64,000 nt of DNA from a candidate division FCPU426 bacterium (lineage in GTDB: Bacteria > Oederibacteriota > Muellerivitia > Muellerivitales > Muellerivitaceae), in the NCBI GenBank assembly GCA_963796105.1, contig CAWCKJ010000002.1, positions 96,001 through 160,000 of the forward strand, in the 5' to 3' direction. The translations under genes and the position numbers were made by a program. Under the pieces are notes generated by a model. It had not been told where the DNA came from, ran no database searches, and saw only the letters and a list, made by a program, of their open reading frames with translations. Position 1 is the first letter of the stretch. The number at the start of each line of letters is the position of its first letter. Shown one piece after another: positions 58,517 to 64,000 of this stretch.

Positions 58517-58936
58517 TGCATGGGATACATGGGATTTTAAGCAACTTCAGATCGTGACAAGAGCTTTGCTCTTGCGCCCGTTGGGCTTTATGGCGCATCC
58601 GCAGGCCTCGGAAAAATGGATTTTCCCGGTGGCCGTCGGTTCCGCCATAGTACACGATCAATAACCAAGGCTTCATTTAAAACTTAGAATTCAAAACTCA
58701 AAATTCATTCTGTAAAGAATGCCTTGCCCATCCCCCTGCATCCCCTGAATCCCAGCTAAAACTCAGTTATTAACTGTTATCGTACGCACAAAGGGGTCAG
58801 TGGTTCGAGAACCTCACCATCCGCAGGCATTTTACACTTTAGCTAATTTTTTATAACTATCGGTAAACCAATGGGTATTCCTACATGAAGGCCGGAATTA
58901 TAGCATAACCATCTTGGAAATGACGTGAAAACCTTA

Positions 58937-59922
58937 CATGCTTCTGTATTAAGTGACCCTTGAAATAAAGGAATACATAGGTATACTGTCCGCTACGGGA
59001 GGTGGTACATGAGCTACCAGCGGATGAAAAGCATTAAAATTCTGAGGAAAATCCACACGGAAGAAGAAGCCCGCCAATGGGTGTGGAGATGCCGTTTCGG
59101 CGGGAAAGACTTTGTTTGTCCCCAATGTGAGGGCGAAAGCTTCTGGCAACACCAGGCCAAGCCTGAAGTGAGGGAATGTGACTATTGCCGGAAACGTCTT
59201 CGGCTTCGCGCCGGGACGATTTTTGAAAGCTCCAAGCTGCCTCTTTTAACCTGGGTCAGGGCCATCAGTTTGATGATGCAGGGCAAACGGGGTATTTCGG
59301 CCCTGGAACTGAAGCGGCATTTAAATCTTTCGGATCATTCGGCATGGCTTCTATTGCATAAGATCCGGGAAGGTCTTAGGCAAAAGGACGAAAGCTATAC
59401 TCTAAAGGGCGTCATTGAGTTGGATGGGGCGGTTTTTGGGAAAAAGGCCAAGGAAAACCAAGTGGAAGTCTTGGTGGCGGTGGAAAGCAAGGAATGGGTG
59501 GATGAGAATGGTTGCAAGAAGGAAAAAGCGGGTTTTGCCAAGGTGAAGGTAGCTATGGAAACCAAGTGGGAGAGCCAGGAATTCGTGAATCAGACTATGG
59601 AAAAAGGCTCTTTCCTCAACACAGATGCTTCGCCAGCCTTGCGTGAACTCAAAGGAGTGGAGGCAGACTACCGGGTGATGGCCAATGACCCGAAAGAGTT
59701 GGAAAGTTGGTTGCCCTGGGTACACCGGTTCATTTCCAACGCCAAGGCCTGGATCATTGGAACTCATCATGGCGTTGATGCTAAGTATTTAGGCCGGTAT
59801 CTAAGTGAATATGCCTATCGGTTCAACCGTCGTCATGATCCCGATTCCTTATTTCACCGTGCTTTGACCGCATGTGCCTTAGCAAAACCCATTACAGCAC
59901 GGTCACTTTGTGCATAAGCATA
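58937..59922 (+). mobile_element. IS1595-family element, copy 2
   Basis: Same IRs and protein as copy 1; 8-bp TSD aaacctta. Confidence 0.95.
59009..59917 (+). CDS. IS1595 transposase
   Basis: Translation identical to 22036-22944. Confidence 0.95.
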   Translation: MSYQRMKSIKILRKIHTEEEARQWVWRCRFGGKDFVCPQCEGESFWQHQAKPEVRECDYCRKRLRLRAGTIFESSKLPLLTWVRAISLMMQGKRGISALELKRHLNLSDHSAWLLLHKIREGLRQKDESYTLKGVIELDGAVFGKKAKENQVEVLVAVESKEWVDENGCKKEKAGFAKVKVAMETKWESQEFVNQTMEKGSFLNTDASPALRELKGVEADYRVMANDPKELESWLPWVHRFISNAKAWIIGTHHGVDAKYLGRYLSEYAYRFNRRHDPDSLFHRALTACALAKPITARSLCA

Positions 59923-60191
59923 AAACCTTATGTTAACTGTTTAACTTTTCTCCCTTCTTTACATTTTTAAGAGTAAAATTCAAGCCATGGGGGGATTTCC
60001 AGAGGGTGTTTTCAGGTCTTTGGGATATGAGATTGACGCCATCAAATGGACGTCGGATTAAGCCTTACTCCTAATTCCTAATTTCTTTTCAGCGGTTCTT
60101 AACTCCTAACCCCGCCATGAAAGCGCCGCCGATACCCCCGGCGTCCGCTTCAGGGTCCTCATTTTTAATGCCTAACTGCTCTTGAGGGGGG

Positions 60192-60593
60192 TTATTTCTT
60201 TTTGCGGGGGCGGGTTTTTGATTTGGATTTACTCACCTTGTATTCAGCGTGGGGTTCTTGAAGACCTGGCGGCAGTATGTTTTGGAGCTTCTGTTTTAAA
60301 ACCGGAAGATCCTTTACCGTTACTCCCCAAACAACTTCAAGGTCTACTTGGAAATAATCATGGACCAGTATATGCCGCATTCCCTGGATGGCATCCCATG
60401 GTACCTCGGAATGTTTATTCCGGAATTCAGGGGGTACTTTATATGCCGCTTCACCCAAGATTTGGAGATAGTGGAGGATATAAACCTGAATCAATTCGTC
60501 TGCATTGAAGGCTTTGCGGCCCTGCGAAGAATATTTCTCGATCCGATGGATGGCATCAAGCATATCCTGGACCCGATTCAAATGGTCCCTCAT
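60192..60593 (-). CDS. DUF86/HepT RNase toxin
   Basis: IGEA-like LGEA, VPW, RHILVHDY (R-X4-H-X-Y). Confidence 0.9.
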   Translation of the reverse strand: MRDHLNRVQDMLDAIHRIEKYSSQGRKAFNADELIQVYILHYLQILGEAAYKVPPEFRNKHSEVPWDAIQGMRHILVHDYFQVDLEVVWGVTVKDLPVLKQKLQNILPPGLQEPHAEYKVSKSKSKTRPRKKK

Positions 60594-60880
60594 AACCGAA
60601 CGGCCTCCTGAAGGACTCTATCACGGAAGGAATCCCGAAGGCCTTTTTCAGATACGACATCAACCGGACGGCCTAAGAGATGTTCCAGGTCCGTTAAAAG
60701 CCCCCCCATATCCAATAAGGTGCGGCCTGGTTCCATGCGGACGAGAAAATCCACATCACTTCGTTTATCCGAGTCTCCGCGAGCAACTGAGCCAAAAACG
60801 CTTATTTCGCGGGCACCATGGCTGCTGGCAAGTTTAAGGATCTTGTTGCGTTTTTTTTGGAGGATTTGACCGATTGTCAT
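60590..60880 (-). CDS. MNT nucleotidyltransferase antitoxin
   Basis: FGSVARGD...SDVDFLV, LLGRPVDVV. Confidence 0.92.
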   Translation of the reverse strand: MTIGQILQKKRNKILKLASSHGAREISVFGSVARGDSDKRSDVDFLVRMEPGRTLLDMGGLLTDLEHLLGRPVDVVSEKGLRDSFRDRVLQEAVRL

Positions 60881-60883
60881 GTT

Positions 60884-61231
60884 TTATCCCGCTCGGTTAA
60901 CTTGCTGAAGGCCTTCCAGGTAACAAGTAATAGCTTCTTTCGCGTTTTCCAAGGCCTCCTTGATGGTCTCACCTTGGGAGAAGCAACCGTCCAAAGCCGG
61001 GACTCGGACATTGAAACCGCCCTCATCGGCATGTGCCAATCGGACATGAAAATAAATCGGGATTGGTACCATACCAGCCACATTAAAGTTTTGTGGAAGG
61101 CTTGCATGTTCCAGAACAACGTCAAGGGACGACCCATTGGGTCGCCACTTGGCCGGGACATGGTCCCCGGCCAAGTACACGGCTTGTCCCCGGCTAAAGC
61201 CGGGGCCTGAAGGCAGCCGGTCAAATTTCAT
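60884..61231 (-). CDS. hicB: HicB-family antitoxin with two in-frame element insertions
   Basis: Removing the 99-bp and 75-bp inserts gives MKFDVVLEHADEGGFNVRVPALDGCFSQGETIKEALENAKEAITCYLE. Confidence 0.85.
   Translation of the reverse strand: MKFDRLPSGPGFSRGQAVYLAGDHVPAKWRPNGSSLDVVLEHASLPQNFNVAGMVPIPIYFHVRLAHADEGGFNVRVPALDGCFSQGETIKEALENAKEAITCYLEGLQQVNRAG
61036..61106 (+). repeat. Element A unit inside hicB
   Basis: GCATGT at 61029-61034 and 61104-61109, 75 bp apart. Confidence 0.85.
61121..61219 (-). mobile_element. Element E copy (99 bp) inside hicB
   Basis: Minus strand TTGAC|cggctgcc..ggccccggctttagccgggg..gtcccttgac|GTT. Confidence 0.82.
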
Positions 61232-61349
61232 GTTGACACCTTTCTAAAAGGCTTCTGATGGCTTCCATCAATCTGCCTTTGAATTGGAATTATAACCTGG
61301 TAAGACACTCATATGGCCAGGGAACATAAAACAGAAGGGGGTCTCTATT

Positions 61350-61994
61350 TTATGTATTCGGCCCTTTGTTATTCGCTTTTTTGAGAAGTTTTCGATAGAG
61401 ACCGCCAAAAGGGCCTTCCAGGGCGCTTTTCTCGAAATATTCCGCTTCTTCCCTCCAAGTCATGCCTTTAGTCGCCTTGTGGATTTTGCGTTGGATCTCT
61501 TCTTTCATTTTTAAGGCATCGAAACCCTTGATGGGCTTAATTTTTTTAATTTTGCGATGCCGCGTTTTTGGTTTGGGTTTACCTGGTTTATATATGGAAT
61601 GGATTTCGTGGAAGCCGGGTGGATTGAATTCTCCAATAGGTAGACGCCGGATTCGGACATCATCTTTCTCAATAATGATGATGGCGCCATTTATAAGAGG
61701 TTCCTCGATGATTGACCAATTTTTTTCAAGGTTACCGGCCAGGTTAGCGACGGTCATTTTTTGCGTGCGGAATATCACGACTGAAGGCCTGGATTTTCCT
61801 GAAAAAGCCAATATTTTCCCAAAATCCAAATCGTGGGTTAAAAGTACAGAACCCCTTGACTCAGCGAGGGATAAAATAACCTCGTCGCCCGCTTTACTAT
61901 GACCAAGTTTTCCTGAGTGTATGGCTTGATGACCAAGGCGGGCCAAGTGCTGGCAAAGTGATGGGGAAAGGTTGTTATCTAAAAAGAATTTCAT
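61350..61994 (-). CDS. DUF5615 PIN-like toxin with long C-terminal extension
   Basis: MKFFLDNNL, LLTHDLDFG, PSVV.FR, RIRRLP. Confidence 0.85.
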   Translation of the reverse strand: MKFFLDNNLSPSLCQHLARLGHQAIHSGKLGHSKAGDEVILSLAESRGSVLLTHDLDFGKILAFSGKSRPSVVIFRTQKMTVANLAGNLEKNWSIIEEPLINGAIIIIEKDDVRIRRLPIGEFNPPGFHEIHSIYKPGKPKPKTRHRKIKKIKPIKGFDALKMKEEIQRKIHKATKGMTWREEAEYFEKSALEGPFGGLYRKLLKKANNKGPNT

Positions 61995-62230
61995 GGACGA
62001 GAAGGTATGAAGCGTTCCTCGGCCTCAAGGGAGCAATAGGCCAGGGCCTGAAGGATGTCCTCTTCCTCGAGTTCGGGCCATTCTTTTAGGATTTGGCGAA
62101 TGGTCATACCACCGCTCATGTAAGCCAATATACTGGCCACCGGCATGCGGTAACCCCGAACGCAGGGTTTCCCGAAACATTTTTCCGGATCGAATGTGAT
62201 TCGCTCAAATTTGTAATGGTGGTGTTCCAT
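61991..62230 (-). CDS. DUF433 antitoxin
   Basis: RITFDP...GKPCVRG.RMPV...WPELEEEDI..AL.Y. Confidence 0.9.
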   Translation of the reverse strand: MEHHHYKFERITFDPEKCFGKPCVRGYRMPVASILAYMSGGMTIRQILKEWPELEEEDILQALAYCSLEAEERFIPSRP

Positions 62231-62390
62231 AACGCTGCCTTTCAGCGGTAATTATAACATTGGATGGGAATGAATGGTATTCGGCAACTCCTAATTCCGA
62301 ATTGCTAATCGTTCTTTAGGAGTTATTTCTTTTTACGGGGCCGCGTTTTTGGTTTTCTTTGCCTTTGCACAGATTTACTATAAATCTGCG

Positions 62391-62990
62391 CCGATCTACC
62401 GTGAAGAGACATTGAGATCGGTGCAATACCAGCCTCTTTAAAGTTTTTTGGAGGGCTGGCATGCGCCGATCTACCGTGAAGAGACATTGAGATCGGTGCA
62501 ATACCAGCCTCTTTAAAGTTTTTTGGAGGGCTGGCATGCGCCGATCTACCGTGAAGAGACATTGAGATCGGTGCAATACCAGCCTCTTTAAAGTTTTTTG
62601 GAGGGCTGGCATGCGCCGATCTACCGTGAAGAGACATTGAGATCGGTGCAATACCAGCCTCTTTAAAGTTTTTTGGAGGGCTGGCATGCGCCGATCTACC
62701 GTGAAGAGACATTGAGATCGGTGCAATACCAGCCTCTTTAAAGTTTTTTGGAGGGCTGGCATGCGCCGATCTACCGTGAAGAGACATTGAGATCGGTGCA
62801 ATACCAGCCTCTTTAAAGTTTTTTGGAGGGCTGGCATGCGCCGATCTACCGTGAAGAGACATTGAGATCGGTGCAATACCAGCCTCTTTAAAGTTTTTTG
62901 GAGGGCTGGCATGCGCCGATCTACCGTGAAGAGACATTGAGATCGGTGCAATACCAGCCTCTTTAAAGTTTTTTGGAGGGCTGGCATGCG
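62391..62990 (+). repeat. Perfect tandem array of 8 x 75-bp element A units inside element B (62370-63031)
   Basis: ccgatctacc recurs every 75 bp from 62391 to 62916. Confidence 0.95.
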
Positions 62991-63087
62991 CCGGCAATCT
63001 TCTCCTTCGGCTGGTGGCCTCAGGAGGCCGGTATTCAGCGGGGGATTCGTGGACGGCGCCGCCGGACGGCAGGATTTCCAGAACAAA

Positions 63088-64000
63088 GGGGTCAGGCCTA
63101 CATTTTACACTTTACAAATAATTCGCCATTTTTAGAATATGCTTATGCCAAGACCCAGGCGAATTCATTATGAGGGGGCTGTTTACCACGTGACCTCCCG
63201 AGGGAACGAGCGGCGCGAGATTGTCAAGACCGACTCGGACCGATGGATGTTTTACAGACTATTGGGGGAAATGATCGAGGAAAATAAGGTGCTTTGCCAC
63301 GCCTGGGTACTGATGAACAACCATTACCATCTCTTGCTGGAGACGCCCGCAGCCAATCTTTCCATCGCGATGAAGCATTTAAACAGTATTTATACCCAGC
63401 GTTTTAATAAAAAATATCAAAGGGCCGGCCATTTATTCCAGGGGCGGTTCAAGGCCATTGTGGTTGAGAAGGATAGCTACTTGAAAGAGTTATGCCGGTA
63501 TGTGGTTTTGAATCCCGTGAGGGCGAAGGCGGTCAAGGCTCCGGGGGATTGGAAGTGGAGCAGTTACCGCGCGACTGCCGGCCTGGAAAAGGGGGAACCG
63601 TGGCTGGAAACGGATTGGATTCTCAGTCAGTTCGGAAGTACCCTCAATGAGGCACGGAAAAGCTATCGGGCTTTTGTGGCTGGCGGAATCGGGAGCAAGG
63701 TTTCCCCCTGGGAAGAACTTTATTCCCGCGTATATTTGGGAAAAGAGAAATTTTTGATCAAGGTGCATGAGGCGGGGCGAAAGCATAGGCATTTGGATGT
63801 CCCGAAGTACCAGAAACAAGTGGTGAAGGCTGACCCGGAAAAGATTCTCGGGAAAATCGCCGAAGTCTATGGGGGAAAACCCGAGGAGATTTTGCAAGCC
63901 GGAAGAAGGGGGATGGATTCCCGGGACGCGGCGATCTATTTGCTGAAGAGGGAAGCGGGGCTAAGTTTGAGGGAGATCGGCAAAAGGATGGGAGTGGGTT
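63088..64000 (+). mobile_element. Second TIR-associated Y1 transposase element (partial)
   Basis: ggggtcaggcctacattttacacttt at 63088-63113 directly upstream of the transposase. Confidence 0.75.
63145..64000 (+). CDS. RAYT-like Y1 tyrosine transposase (runs off window; not in ORF track)
   Basis: Manual translation MPRPRRIHYEGAVYHVTSRGN...LMNNHYHLL...HLFQGRFKA...NPVRA...WSSY. Confidence 0.9.
   Translation, partial: MPRPRRIHYEGAVYHVTSRGNERREIVKTDSDRWMFYRLLGEMIEENKVLCHAWVLMNNHYHLLLETPAANLSIAMKHLNSIYTQRFNKKYQRAGHLFQGRFKAIVVEKDSYLKELCRYVVLNPVRAKAVKAPGDWKWSSYRATAGLEKGEPWLETDWILSQFGSTLNEARKSYRAFVAGGIGSKVSPWEELYSRVYLGKEKFLIKVHEAGRKHRHLDVPKYQKQVVKADPEKILGKIAEVYGGKPEEILQAGRRGMDSRDAAIYLLKREAGLSLREIGKRMGVG

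Noticed and set aside
21964..59922. IS1595 composite transposon inserted as one unit
   Set aside because: Each copy has its own distinct TSD
16813..62990. A arrays as CRISPR or guide-RNA (TIGR-like) arrays
   Set aside because: Units within arrays are identical or fall into two variants, with no unique spacers, and no cas or other effector gene was recognised
62316..63086. 256-aa and 224-aa repeat ORFs
   Set aside because: Open only because the 75-bp unit is a multiple of 3; the 76/77-bp relatives are non-coding
1..64000. rRNA or tRNA genes
   Set aside because: None recognised by eye; tRNAscan-SE or Infernal would be needed to exclude them

Overview
Bacterial accessory region. Coding content: a PAS sensor and response regulator, two large Thr/Pro-linker beta-propeller surface proteins, an HtrA protease, a Wza/Wzc/Wzx/Wzy-type polysaccharide locus (about 27.6-57.2 kb, AT-rich core) with gmd/fcl, two PLP enzymes, six toxin-antitoxin pairs and an orphan HicB. 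Mobile elements: IS3, IS256, two apparently identical IS1595 copies and two HUH (Y1/RAYT-like) transposases with GGGGTCAG terminal repeats. The most unusual feature is the intergenic DNA, which is built from nested miniature elements. Element A is a 75-77 bp twin-hairpin unit (about 37 copies, including 7x, 8x and 8x tandem arrays). B is a 62-bp element that sits in the centre of A and hosts A arrays. D is a 110-bp element that hosts A. E is a 96-99 bp IS200/IS605-like element. Filled and empty versions of the same sites occur in the window, and A and E have inserted into toxin-antitoxin genes; one HicB carries both in frame. Also notable are a 43-bp tandem array beside a membrane-anchored ParB-type HTH gene and a mirror-symmetric TA-IR-cargo-IR-TA block at 32.4-37.6 kb. 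All protein calls come from motif recognition by eye, not database searches. Element letters A-E are my own labels.
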